From assembly GCA_018817715.1 (NCBI GenBank), contig JAHITT010000001.1:109781-173780 (forward strand): a stretch of DNA of 64,000 nucleotides, given 5' to 3'. Shown one piece after another: positions 1 through 8,108 of the stretch. Under the pieces are notes generated by a model. It worked only from the letters and a program-made list of their open reading frames with translations. It was not told where the DNA came from and did no database searches. Positions within the stretch are counted from its first letter, which is position 1, and every line of letters starts with the position of its first letter. The position numbers were made by a program, and so were the translations under genes. The DNA is from Patescibacteria group bacterium (GTDB taxonomy: Bacteria > Patescibacteriota > Patescibacteriia > Veblenbacterales > UBA10138).

Positions 1-540
1 TACAGATCGTTTTTCTCGCTCCGCCTCTGCTTGTTTACCAATAACGCGTTTCATTTCTTCGGGCAAAGTAATATCTTTTAAGTCCACCGAATCTACTTTA
101 ATACCCCAAGGATCCGTTAACTTATCCACGATTTCCCGAATCCTTTCGGAAATCTTATCGCGATTACTTAACAACTCATCTAATTCCACTTCACCAACAA
201 CATTACGCATAGTAGTTTGCGCTAGTTGAGAAATGGCATATTTATAATCTTCCACTTCCAAAATAACTTTTTCGGCTGATTGAACTTTATAATAAATTAC
301 CGCATTGACCCGGACAGAAATATTATCTTTGGTAATAGCTTCCTGGTCCGGCACATCCACGGCTTTAACGCGCATATCCACCTTAACGTAACTTTGAAAA
401 ATCGGTATAACTAAACGCCAACCCGGCTCCATAATGGCCGTAAATTTCCCCAAAGTAAATCTAACCCCCCTCTCATACTGATTTATTTGGCGGATACAAA
501 TAATTAATAAAAATAGAACTGCTAAAGGAATAAAATACAT
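1..540 (-). CDS. SPFH/band 7 (stomatin-like) protein, 3' end outside window
   Basis: Not in ORF track. Manual translation from ATG 540: MYFIPLAVLFLLIICIRQINQYERGVRFTLGKF...VDMRVKAVDVPDQEAITKDNISVRVNAVIYY, a typical SPFH N-terminus. Confidence 0.9.
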   Translation of the reverse strand, partial: MYFIPLAVLFLLIICIRQINQYERGVRFTLGKFTAIMEPGWRLVIPIFQSYVKVDMRVKAVDVPDQEAITKDNISVRVNAVIYYKVQSAEKVILEVEDYKYAISQLAQTTMRNVVGEVELDELLSNRDKISERIREIVDKLTDPWGIKVDSVDLKDITLPEEMKRVIGKQAEAEREKRSV

Positions 541-618
541 AAAAATTTTAATTAATAATCAGCTAATAAATTATAGCACAAAACCTGTTTAAATTAACTA
601 TAAAACTTAGAAGTTCTA

Positions 619-1539
619 TTAATCAAAATAAGGAATTCCCCACCACAACCAAGGATCAACATAGCGGTATTTACAACCTAAGTTGGCTAATTGCGCCAAA
701 TCCGCCTCAGTTAAAGAAAAATCAAATACCTCAATATTATCCTTAATTCTCGACTGGCTAACGCTTTTAGGAATAACCACGGTTTGGCGTTGAATAGCCC
801 AACGAATAAGAATTTGTGCTGGTGTTTTTTTATGGCGGGCGGCAATCTGTTTAAGTTGACTGTCTTGTAATAAGACTGGAGCCTCCAATTGATTTACAAA
901 ATTACCTGGCGAACCCAAAGGTGAATAAGCCGTAACAGTTAAACCCTGAGCCTGGCAAAAAGCCACTAAACGATCCTGAGAATTATAAGGATGCAATTCC
1001 ACTTGATTGACCGCTGGCTGAATTCTGGCATAAGTTAAAATATCCATAATCATCGGTCCAGTAAAATTAGCCAAACCTATGGCTTTAGCCAAACCTTTAT
1101 CTACTAACTCTTCCATAGCCTGCCAGGTCTGCTGTAAAGACACTTTAACTGTTGGCGGTTGATTGTCGCCATTATTAATCCCCTGAGCCACTCCCCAATG
1201 CATTAAATAAAGGTCCACATAATCTACCTGTAAATCCTGCAAAGTTTTTTGACAAGCCGGCAAAACATCTTGGGGAGCATGCTTAGTATTCCATAATTTA
1301 CTGGTGATAAATAATTCCTCCCGTTTTAGACCGCTAGCGAAAATATTACTAAAGGCTTGACCGATTTCCGGCTCATTGCCGTAAATTGCCGCACAATCAA
1401 TATGACGATAACCGGCCTTAAGAACAGCAAAATTAACAGCTTCACCCACCTGACCAGGCTGGGACTTCCAAGTACCCAAACCAACCAACGGCATTTTAGC
1501 CTGGTTGTTTAGGGTGATAAATTTTTCAACTTGATCCAT
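619..1539 (-). CDS. aldo/keto reductase
   Basis: GLGTW, GYRHIDCAAIYGNE, LFITSKLW, DLYLMHW and IPKS motifs. Confidence 0.95.
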   Translation of the reverse strand: MDQVEKFITLNNQAKMPLVGLGTWKSQPGQVGEAVNFAVLKAGYRHIDCAAIYGNEPEIGQAFSNIFASGLKREELFITSKLWNTKHAPQDVLPACQKTLQDLQVDYVDLYLMHWGVAQGINNGDNQPPTVKVSLQQTWQAMEELVDKGLAKAIGLANFTGPMIMDILTYARIQPAVNQVELHPYNSQDRLVAFCQAQGLTVTAYSPLGSPGNFVNQLEAPVLLQDSQLKQIAARHKKTPAQILIRWAIQRQTVVIPKSVSQSRIKDNIEVFDFSLTEADLAQLANLGCKYRYVDPWLWWGIPYFD

Positions 1540-1563
1540 ACAAATTTTATTATTTAAAAATTA

Positions 1564-2901
1564 CTAATAATTCAAGCTATCTATATCATCCTGATAACGA
1601 TTCGCCAAAGCCACAACACTGTCACCATAAAAACTATAAGCCGGGTTAACCGAACCGGCAAAATACTTCATAGCGGCTGTCCACTCGCCCGATTGCTGCC
1701 TAGCGCCATCGGCGCCTAACTTTACACCAGCGGCCACAAAAGCATCCCGAATATCCCAAGGATTAGCTGTCCGGCCAGTAATCTTGGCTACTTTATCCCG
1801 ATAACCAAGCCAAGTGGAAGGAATAAATTGAGCCGGGCCCATAGCACCACCCCAGCCGATTTGCTTACCCTGTTTATCGCGCATTGGGCAAGACACCGGT
1901 GTAGTGTCGGGATCCAAACCTAACTCCTTGGTAATTTGCAAAAAAGGCTCTTGGTCGCGGGTCGGTTTCATAATTACCCGCCAGCCTTTTTCTGGCGGGT
2001 CACTGGCCCGATTGCAAGTGCCGACATTTTTACCCAAATTGGACTCTTGAGTTAAAACCGCCAACAAAAAAGCTGCTCTAACACCGGTTCGCTCCGATAC
2101 CCATTGAGCAATTTGCACAGCTTCGCCAAAAGTAACCCGCTTGGTCGTACCAAAAAGTTCATAAATACGGGCCCGAATTTCATCAGCCTTCTTTTTTTTA
2201 TCTTTTAAAAGTTGTTGATAAGCTGCTTCTTGACCTTTGGTTTGGCTAAGCAAATTATCTTGTTGAGAGATATTTTGGGATAAAGAATTTTTTTGTAAAT
2301 TAGCGATGGAAATTAAATTTTTTTGACCCTCCCGTTGATTTTCCAAATTTTTTTTATAATCAACCAGCTTTAAACCTTCTTCCTTGGAATGCTCTAACAA
2401 ACTAAACAACTGATCACTTAATAATTTATAAGTTTGGATTTCATCAAAAAAACCAGAAATACCTTTATCGTACAAAAACATGTTAAAAACCGTATTCTGC
2501 TGACTGGTAATATGCAACTGCCGTATAATTTTCGCCATTTCCTTATGTAAACCAGTAAGCCTCTGCTCGTTAATATCAATATCACCTTGGGTTTTGTTAA
2601 TCTGCTTTTCTGTGCCTTGTAGTTGCAAGGTGGTTTGCTTAATCTGCAAAGCAATGGATGATTGTTTTATCCTAAGTTCGCGAATTTTATTATTCAGGGT
2701 GGCTTTTTGTGATTGAGTGCGACCTAGTTCTTTAGTGTACTGTTCAATTTGCACTTCAATTTCTTTTAATTCCTGCTCTAACCTCTGCTGTTCAACCTGC
2801 AATTGCTGTTGGGTGACACTCCCCTGCCCTAAAGCGCTTAAATAAGGCCAAAACAAAAAATTGACTACTAAAATTATTGATAATACAAACTTAAATTTCA
2901 T
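1564..2901 (-). CDS. secreted coiled-coil protein with C-terminal lytic transglycosylase (SLT_2-like) domain
   Basis: Signal/TM segment, long coiled coil, then QES, GAMGPAQFIPSTW and NPW. Start moved to ATG 2901 because TGnTATAAT lies just upstream. Confidence 0.85.
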   Translation of the reverse strand: MKFKFVLSIILVVNFLFWPYLSALGQGSVTQQQLQVEQQRLEQELKEIEVQIEQYTKELGRTQSQKATLNNKIRELRIKQSSIALQIKQTTLQLQGTEKQINKTQGDIDINEQRLTGLHKEMAKIIRQLHITSQQNTVFNMFLYDKGISGFFDEIQTYKLLSDQLFSLLEHSKEEGLKLVDYKKNLENQREGQKNLISIANLQKNSLSQNISQQDNLLSQTKGQEAAYQQLLKDKKKKADEIRARIYELFGTTKRVTFGEAVQIAQWVSERTGVRAAFLLAVLTQESNLGKNVGTCNRASDPPEKGWRVIMKPTRDQEPFLQITKELGLDPDTTPVSCPMRDKQGKQIGWGGAMGPAQFIPSTWLGYRDKVAKITGRTANPWDIRDAFVAAGVKLGADGARQQSGEWTAAMKYFAGSVNPAYSFYGDSVVALANRYQDDIDSLNY

Positions 2902-2971
2902 AACAAGTTTGATTATACCATAAGAGACTAAATCAAATCGAAAAATTGATGCTGACAAAATAAACTTTCTT

Positions 2972-3007
2972 CCCTTGTACTAACGTGTTAACACGTTGGT
3001 ACAAGGG
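2972..3007. repeat. 36-bp near-perfect palindrome in a divergent intergenic region
   Basis: CCCTTGTACTAACGTGTTAACACGTTGGTACAAGGG; one T/G mismatch pair. Confidence 0.85.
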
Positions 3008-3116
3008 TAAAATTTGATTTATAATTTATATCAAATTCACTGACTATTACCTTGAAACTTCAACTATGCTCTGTTATCTTAACTATACAAAGAAAAATTA
3101 TTTAATCCAATAACTA

Positions 3117-3836
3117 ATGTCTATAAAAATTGCCGCTGGCCAAATTGAAGTTGGTGACAATATTGAAAAAAATCTACAAAAAATACTACTAGCCATTACC
3201 ACAGCCGCCGCCCAGCAGGCCGACTACCTTTGCCTACCAGAAATCTGTTTGGTATCTGATGAAAAACTAATACGTAATATTAATAAAGAAATCGAACAAA
3301 TTAAACAAGCTGCCAAAAAATATAAAATAAATGTTATCTTTGGCACTTACCTTAAAATAGACGGCCATATTAGAAATCAATTGTGGGTAATTAACAAAAA
3401 TGGCGAAACTATTCATAAGTACAACAAAAAACACACTTTTTTTACCGAACGCTCCACAGTCAAAGAAGGAAAAAACAATAAAGTATTAACTATAGATAAT
3501 TTAAACTTTGCTGTTATAAACTGCTGGGATTACGCCTATCCGGAAGATATACGAAAACTGGCTCGTGATGGTGCCCAGGTTATTTTTTGTCCTAGCTACC
3601 TAGTATCACATCCTCACACTAAAGAAGTTTTAGATAAAATACCCCAAGTGCGAGCTTTTGATTCTATGTCTTACTTTATTATGGTGGATGCTTTTAATAA
3701 AGAAACTTTTAAACGTAGCAAAATTTGTCATCCGCTTAAAACCCTCTCCAGCCTATCTGATTCGCCGGGTATTATTTACGCTACAATTGAATTAACCGCT
3801 ATTACTAAACTGCGTCAGCGTTTTTTGAATTTATAA
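3117..3836 (+). CDS. carbon-nitrogen hydrolase (nitrilase family)
   Basis: E-K-C triad contexts: LPEI, YNKKH, NCWD. Confidence 0.9.
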   Translation: MSIKIAAGQIEVGDNIEKNLQKILLAITTAAAQQADYLCLPEICLVSDEKLIRNINKEIEQIKQAAKKYKINVIFGTYLKIDGHIRNQLWVINKNGETIHKYNKKHTFFTERSTVKEGKNNKVLTIDNLNFAVINCWDYAYPEDIRKLARDGAQVIFCPSYLVSHPHTKEVLDKIPQVRAFDSMSYFIMVDAFNKETFKRSKICHPLKTLSSLSDSPGIIYATIELTAITKLRQRFLNL

Positions 3837-3846
3837 AAAACTATCT

Positions 3847-3879
3847 AAAAATCCCTTAAAAATATCTTAGGGATTTTTT
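3847..3879. terminator. bidirectional intrinsic terminator
   Basis: AAAAATCCCT..AGGGATTTTT hairpin between convergent units. Confidence 0.7.
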
Positions 3880-3897
3880 GTTTTAGGGATAGTAAAA

Positions 3898-3923
3898 ATT
3901 TCGTCTCGTACCCTTCGATTCCT
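3898..3923 (-). other. truncated tRNA-associated element (anti-T-arm + TCGAAGGG motif) downstream of tRNA-Trp
   Basis: Minus strand AGGAATCGAAGGGTACGAGACG; AGGAATCGAA is the exact reverse complement of the tRNA-Trp T-arm TTCGATTCCT. Confidence 0.65.
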
Positions 3924-3939
3924 CTTATTTATCCAACTA

Positions 3940-3970
3940 AAAACAAAACACCCCACCCAAACGGTGAGGT
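3940..3970 (-). terminator. terminator after tRNA-Trp
   Basis: ACCTCACC-GTTTG-GGTGGGGT followed by GTTTTGTTTTT. Confidence 0.7.
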
Positions 3971-3979
3971 AATTTGTCT

Positions 3980-4053
3980 TGGCAGGGGTGGTAGGAATCG
4001 AACCCACGTCATTGGTTTTGGAGACCAAGGTCCTGCCACTGAACGACACCCCC
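3980..4053 (-). tRNA. tRNA-Trp (CCA)
   Basis: Cloverleaf GGGGGTG..., anticodon loop CTCCAAA, GGTTCGATTCC, encoded CCA. Confidence 0.97.
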
Positions 4054-4072
4054 ATAATCCGCACTTAACGGA

Positions 4073-4228
4073 TTACTTGGTCTCTTTATGTAAAACGTGC
4101 TTCTTACACCAATTGCAATGCTTTTTGGTTTCCAAACGAGTTTTAACTTTTTTCTTGTTACGGAAAGAATGGTAGTTAATGCGATGACAATCGCTACACT
4201 CCATCTTAATAAGATTATCCTGTGACAT
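4073..4228 (-). CDS. rpmG: 50S ribosomal protein L33 (zinc-ribbon type)
   Basis: Manual translation MSQDNLIKMECSDCHRINYHSFRNKKKVKTRLETKKHCNWCKKHVLHKETK; usual position upstream of tRNA-Trp. Confidence 0.95.
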   Translation of the reverse strand: MSQDNLIKMECSDCHRINYHSFRNKKKVKTRLETKKHCNWCKKHVLHKETK

Positions 4229-4265
4229 ATAATATAGAAAGTAATAATTAAAATTAATTTTAAAC

Positions 4266-4341
4266 TGGAGCCGATGGTCGGGTTCGAACCGACGACCTAC
4301 AGTTTACAAAACTGTTGCTCTACCAACTGAGCTACATCGGC
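4266..4341 (-). tRNA. tRNA-Thr (TGT)
   Basis: GCCGATGTAGCTCAG..., loop TTTGTAA, GGTTCGAACCC, CCA end. Confidence 0.97.
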
Positions 4342-4391
4342 CCATTCTTTAATAATTTATGGTTCACCCTAAGCAAGCACAGCGAGTTGAA

Positions 4392-4547
4392 TGGTGGGCC
4401 GAGTAGGATTCTCCCTCGCTCCGACTCGGGCACCCGGGCGCTACACACAAAAACCTGCGCTCGCTCGGTTTTTTCTCGCGCCCTTCGAATCCTTTTCCAT
4501 CCCCCCAAATATTCAAAGGTCGACTAATTATCTTTTTATATTCAAAG
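4392..4547 (-). mobile_element. structured mini-element downstream of tRNA-Tyr, ending in a 20-bp duplicate of the tRNA 3' end
   Basis: 4392-4411 is identical to 4548-4567 (GAATCCTACTCGGCCCACCA in tRNA sense); internal AGGATTCGAAGGGCGC...GCGCCC nested stems. Mobility is inferred. Confidence 0.65.
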
Positions 4548-4634
4548 TGGTGGGCCGAGTAGGATTCGAACCTACGAAGGCATAAAGCCAGCAGATTTAC
4601 AGTCTGCCCCGTTTGACCGCTTCGGTACCGACCC
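4548..4634 (-). tRNA. tRNA-Tyr (GTA)
   Basis: Loop CTGTAAA, long variable arm, GGTTCGAATCC, CCA end. Confidence 0.97.
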
Positions 4635-4654
4635 TTAAAAATTTGTCCCCCCTG

Positions 4655-4727
4655 AGCCGATGCGCGGATTCGAACCGCGGACCTACTCCTTACCATGGAG
4701 TTGCTCTACCAACTGAGCTACATCGGC
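4655..4727 (-). tRNA. tRNA-Thr (GGT), CCA not encoded
   Basis: Stem ACTCC-ATGGTAA-GGAGT, GGTTCGAATCC; 3' end reads ..GGCT-CAG. Confidence 0.95.
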
Positions 4728-4812
4728 TCGCGAAGGACAAAATCTAATTTTTAAAAAGTGGCCTTACTTTGACCAATTTAAAATCTTTAAATATTTATCA
4801 ACCAAACTAATT

Positions 4813-5748
4813 TTAATCTATTTTAACACCAAAACTAGTAATTTTCTTACTAGACCGTCTTTTAATTGGTTTATTTTTTTGAACCTGTGCTCTAATTTGT
4901 TCGGTAAAGTCATTAATTTTTTGATTGTCTGAATTTACCTCGCGTAAAACATCTAAAGCTTCCTGTGCCTCGTTCAGATGCCCATTTACTATACTGAGTT
5001 CTATATAAAAGTCAAGCACTTTAGGGCTATTAGGCTCCAATTCTCGAGCTTCAGTCAAATGAGCTAAGGCCTGATTAAAATCACCTAATTGTTGATAGAC
5101 ATAAGCCAACTCCAAATGGAGCTGAATAGTATTTTTAAGAGCCAAACTTTTAAGATACTGACCCTTAGCTTCTTCTAAAAAACCCTGACCTTGAGCTACT
5201 TTAGCTAAACCCAAAGAAGAATAACGAGCCCGACCTTGTTCTGCTAAATATTCCAAAACTTCTTTAGCTTGCTCGTAATCTCTAGTTTCCAAATACACAT
5301 CAGCCAAGCTTTGATAAATATCCAAATTAGTTGGCTGGTGTTGAATAGCGCTTAAATATAAATTCTCTGCTTCGGCTAAATCCCCTTCCTGCTTAGCCTG
5401 CTCAGCCTTGTTTAAAATTTTTGCCACTACTTCCTCAACTTTACCCAAAGATACTTCCTGCTGAGCCACCTTCTCTTCCATTTGTTGAACAGATTGTTTT
5501 AACTGATCCTGTTTGAACTGAATTTTTTTATACCAAGGATCAAATTGTTTTTTAAGCCAACGCTTGCCTCTTTGTAACTTACGCTGTAAACGAGCTTCCA
5601 CTAAATCTTGTTTAACTTCTTGCTGTTTTAAACCGCTTAAATTATCCACATCAATTAATTTAAGGATGGGAAACTTACCAATAGCTAAAACAATCAAACC
5701 TACTAGACCCAACAACAAAACTATAACCAAAATAATATCGATTACCAT
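4813..5748 (-). CDS. membrane-anchored tetratricopeptide repeat protein
   Basis: N-terminal TM helix; TPR patterns (AENLYLSAIQHQP, LAYVYQQLGDFNQAL..ARELEP). Confidence 0.85.
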   Translation of the reverse strand: MVIDIILVIVLLLGLVGLIVLAIGKFPILKLIDVDNLSGLKQQEVKQDLVEARLQRKLQRGKRWLKKQFDPWYKKIQFKQDQLKQSVQQMEEKVAQQEVSLGKVEEVVAKILNKAEQAKQEGDLAEAENLYLSAIQHQPTNLDIYQSLADVYLETRDYEQAKEVLEYLAEQGRARYSSLGLAKVAQGQGFLEEAKGQYLKSLALKNTIQLHLELAYVYQQLGDFNQALAHLTEARELEPNSPKVLDFYIELSIVNGHLNEAQEALDVLREVNSDNQKINDFTEQIRAQVQKNKPIKRRSSKKITSFGVKID

Positions 5749-5751
5749 AAT

Positions 5752-6534
5752 TTACAACTGCTTTAATAGCTGACTAAATCTATCTTCCTGTAAACTGGCT
5801 CCACCCACTAACACACCGCTCAACGGCCAATCACTCAAACAAGTGGCAATATTACTAGCATCCACACTACCGCCATAAACCAATCTAACTTGACCGCTTA
5901 ATAATTTGGAGCTGGAAAAAATATCTACCAAAGTCTGTCCGATTACTTGAGCAGTATGAATCAATTCCTGATTATCAACGGCCTGACCAGAACCAATCAC
6001 CCAAACTGGCTCATAAGCCACCACCACCCGCTGATCTTTAGTTAAAGACAAGCCAGCCAAAGCTTGCTGAATTTGACGAGAAATTATTATATCTTTACGT
6101 CCAGCTTGACGTTCGGCAAAAGTTTCGCCCACACAAACTACTGGCACTAAACCAACGGCTAAAGCCGCCGCGACTTTATGCTTAATCATTACATCAGTCT
6201 CTTTTAAATACTGACGCCTTTCTGAATGACCAATCAACACATAACTAACCCCTGCTTCAACCAAAACAACTGGCGACACCTCACCAGTATAAGCTCCAGT
6301 AGATTGCCAAAAAATATCCTGAGCGCCCAATTTTATCTTAGATTTAAGCAAACTCTTAGCTACTGGCCATAAAGCGGGAAAAGTCGGACATAAAACCAAT
6401 TCCAAAGATTTTTTAGTTTGTAATGATTTATAAGACTTAAGAATTTTTTTAGCCAAAATCACACTGTCTTTAATCGACAGATTCATTTTCCAATTAGCTA
6501 TTATTAAAGATGCGGAAGAATTAGACATAATCAT
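5752..6534 (-). CDS. tpiA: triosephosphate isomerase
   Basis: ANWKMN, IGHSERR, AYEPVWVIG, YGGSV, LVGGASL. Confidence 0.98.
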   Translation of the reverse strand: MIMSNSSASLIIANWKMNLSIKDSVILAKKILKSYKSLQTKKSLELVLCPTFPALWPVAKSLLKSKIKLGAQDIFWQSTGAYTGEVSPVVLVEAGVSYVLIGHSERRQYLKETDVMIKHKVAAALAVGLVPVVCVGETFAERQAGRKDIIISRQIQQALAGLSLTKDQRVVVAYEPVWVIGSGQAVDNQELIHTAQVIGQTLVDIFSSSKLLSGQVRLVYGGSVDASNIATCLSDWPLSGVLVGGASLQEDRFSQLLKQL

Positions 6535-6613
6535 TACCTAACCAATGAATTATTTCAATAGTAATTTAATAACTCCAAAACACTTTAACAGCACACTTTT
6601 TATCATACACGGC

Positions 6614-7585
6614 TCAACTAATGGATTCAAGCCAAGCCATTAACCTAAAAGCATCCTGACGTCGCAACTGATCGGTTGGTGCACCCAATAAAACCATTAA
6701 ATAGACCCGGCCGGCAGTATCACTGGCCTGCATAACCAAATTATAACCCACTTCATTAAGATGTCCCGTTTTGCTAGCACTAATACGCCAAGCTGGCTGG
6801 CTAAGCAATTGGTTAGTATTAATCAGCCGAAAAGAATTTTTATCTGTTTTAATTACCACCTCATGGGCCAAACCAGCTGATTTAATAAATTCATCCTGCC
6901 AAACCCAAGCGGCCAACCTAGCCATCTGCCAAGCCGTCCCTTTGTTTAAGGCACTTAAACCAGTTGGATCAGAAAAAACCATTTGCCCTAAATTCAAACC
7001 ATAAGCAGTTTGATTCATTTTATAAACAAAAGCTTCCAAACTTGGACTAACTTTTTTAACCAAAGCCAAAACAACATTATTAGCCGAAGCCACTGCACTA
7101 GCCTGTATAGCCTGCTCGACACTTAAGGACTCTTGCTTTAAGACTGGCAACTGACTAACAGCTTCATCTTCACTTACATAAGCTTGCCAATCAGTAATTT
7201 GACTAACCGGCTCTACCGTCACTAAAGTAGATAAATTAAGTTGACTGTCGCGTACTAAACGTAAAGACATCAACTTGGTTAAACTAGCCAAGGGCATAAT
7301 CTGCTCCGGATTTTTCGCCCCAACAATAAACCAATCAGTCACCTCAACCAATAGAACACTACGACTAGCTAAATCCAAGTCCGCTAAATTATAAACCGCT
7401 GACCAATTAACTGGAGCCTGCTGGCTGGCTAAGGATAATTTAGGCAAGGTACCTTGCCGATTATAATTATTATTAGACCAAGCCGCTGGCCACCACAAAA
7501 AACCCATGGCCAATAAGCCAATAACCAACCATTGGTTTCTATTGGGCAGAAGAATTTTGAGCCGTAAATTGCTGTAAAATTTCAT
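6614..7585 (-). CDS. D-alanyl-D-alanine carboxypeptidase-like serine peptidase (S11)
   Basis: SxxK (ASLTKLM), SxN (SAN) and KTG motifs. Confidence 0.88.
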   Translation of the reverse strand: MKFYSNLRLKILLPNRNQWLVIGLLAMGFLWWPAAWSNNNYNRQGTLPKLSLASQQAPVNWSAVYNLADLDLASRSVLLVEVTDWFIVGAKNPEQIMPLASLTKLMSLRLVRDSQLNLSTLVTVEPVSQITDWQAYVSEDEAVSQLPVLKQESLSVEQAIQASAVASANNVVLALVKKVSPSLEAFVYKMNQTAYGLNLGQMVFSDPTGLSALNKGTAWQMARLAAWVWQDEFIKSAGLAHEVVIKTDKNSFRLINTNQLLSQPAWRISASKTGHLNEVGYNLVMQASDTAGRVYLMVLLGAPTDQLRRQDAFRLMAWLESIS

Positions 7586-8105
7586 GACTGGAAAGTTCTT
7601 GATAATTGGGTAACTCCAAATTGGAACCTAACCCCAAATGACGTAAAAAATCCATAGTAACCTGATAACGAGACAATTCCCCAGCTGAACCCGTTTCCTG
7701 TACCAAACCGCGAATTTGTAAATTACGCAAAATCAAACTACAGTTAACTCCCCTAATTTGTTCTAATTCAGCTTTACTAATTGGACCACGATAAGCAATA
7801 ACGGACAAAGCTTCCAATTGTGGCCGAGTTAATTCACCCATTTCTTCTTGCTGAACCAATTCCATTACTAAAGCTGCATAATCTGGATTAGTTACCAAAG
7901 CAACTTCTGAACCGTTCAATAATAACCGAAAACCAGTTGACCGCTCCAGATAATCTTTTTGCAATTCCTGAACTGCAACGGCTATATCAGCGACGGTTAT
8001 TTTTAAAATTTCTGCTAAACGCTTTTGGTTAACCGCCTTACCGGCCGCTAATAATAAACTTTCCAATTTAGCTTTGACTTGACTAACTTCTGTTTCCTTG
8101 GACAT
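7539..8105 (-). CDS. scpB: SMC-Scp complex subunit ScpB
   Basis: LESLL, LEALSVIAYRGPISKAELEQIRGVN; adjacent to scpA. Confidence 0.95.
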   Translation of the reverse strand: MSKETEVSQVKAKLESLLLAAGKAVNQKRLAEILKITVADIAVAVQELQKDYLERSTGFRLLLNGSEVALVTNPDYAALVMELVQQEEMGELTRPQLEALSVIAYRGPISKAELEQIRGVNCSLILRNLQIRGLVQETGSAGELSRYQVTMDFLRHLGLGSNLELPNYQELSSHEILQQFTAQNSSAQ

Positions 8106-8108
8106 AAC

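Noticed and set aside
3867-4696. Track ORFs 3867-4064, 4315-4527, 4364-4696 and 4391-4585
   Set aside because: They overlap tRNA genes and the structured element; chance open frames in GC-rich RNA sequence.
4314-4727. Identical 28-bp sequence at 4314-4341 and 4700-4727 as an att-type repeat
   Set aside because: It is the shared 5' part of two intact tRNA-Thr isoacceptors.
6614-6616. Alternative genetic code (UGA=Gly, as in Gracilibacteria/Absconditabacteria)
   Set aside because: TGA ends genes at sensible positions (6614, 21757) and conserved proteins are full length under code 11.
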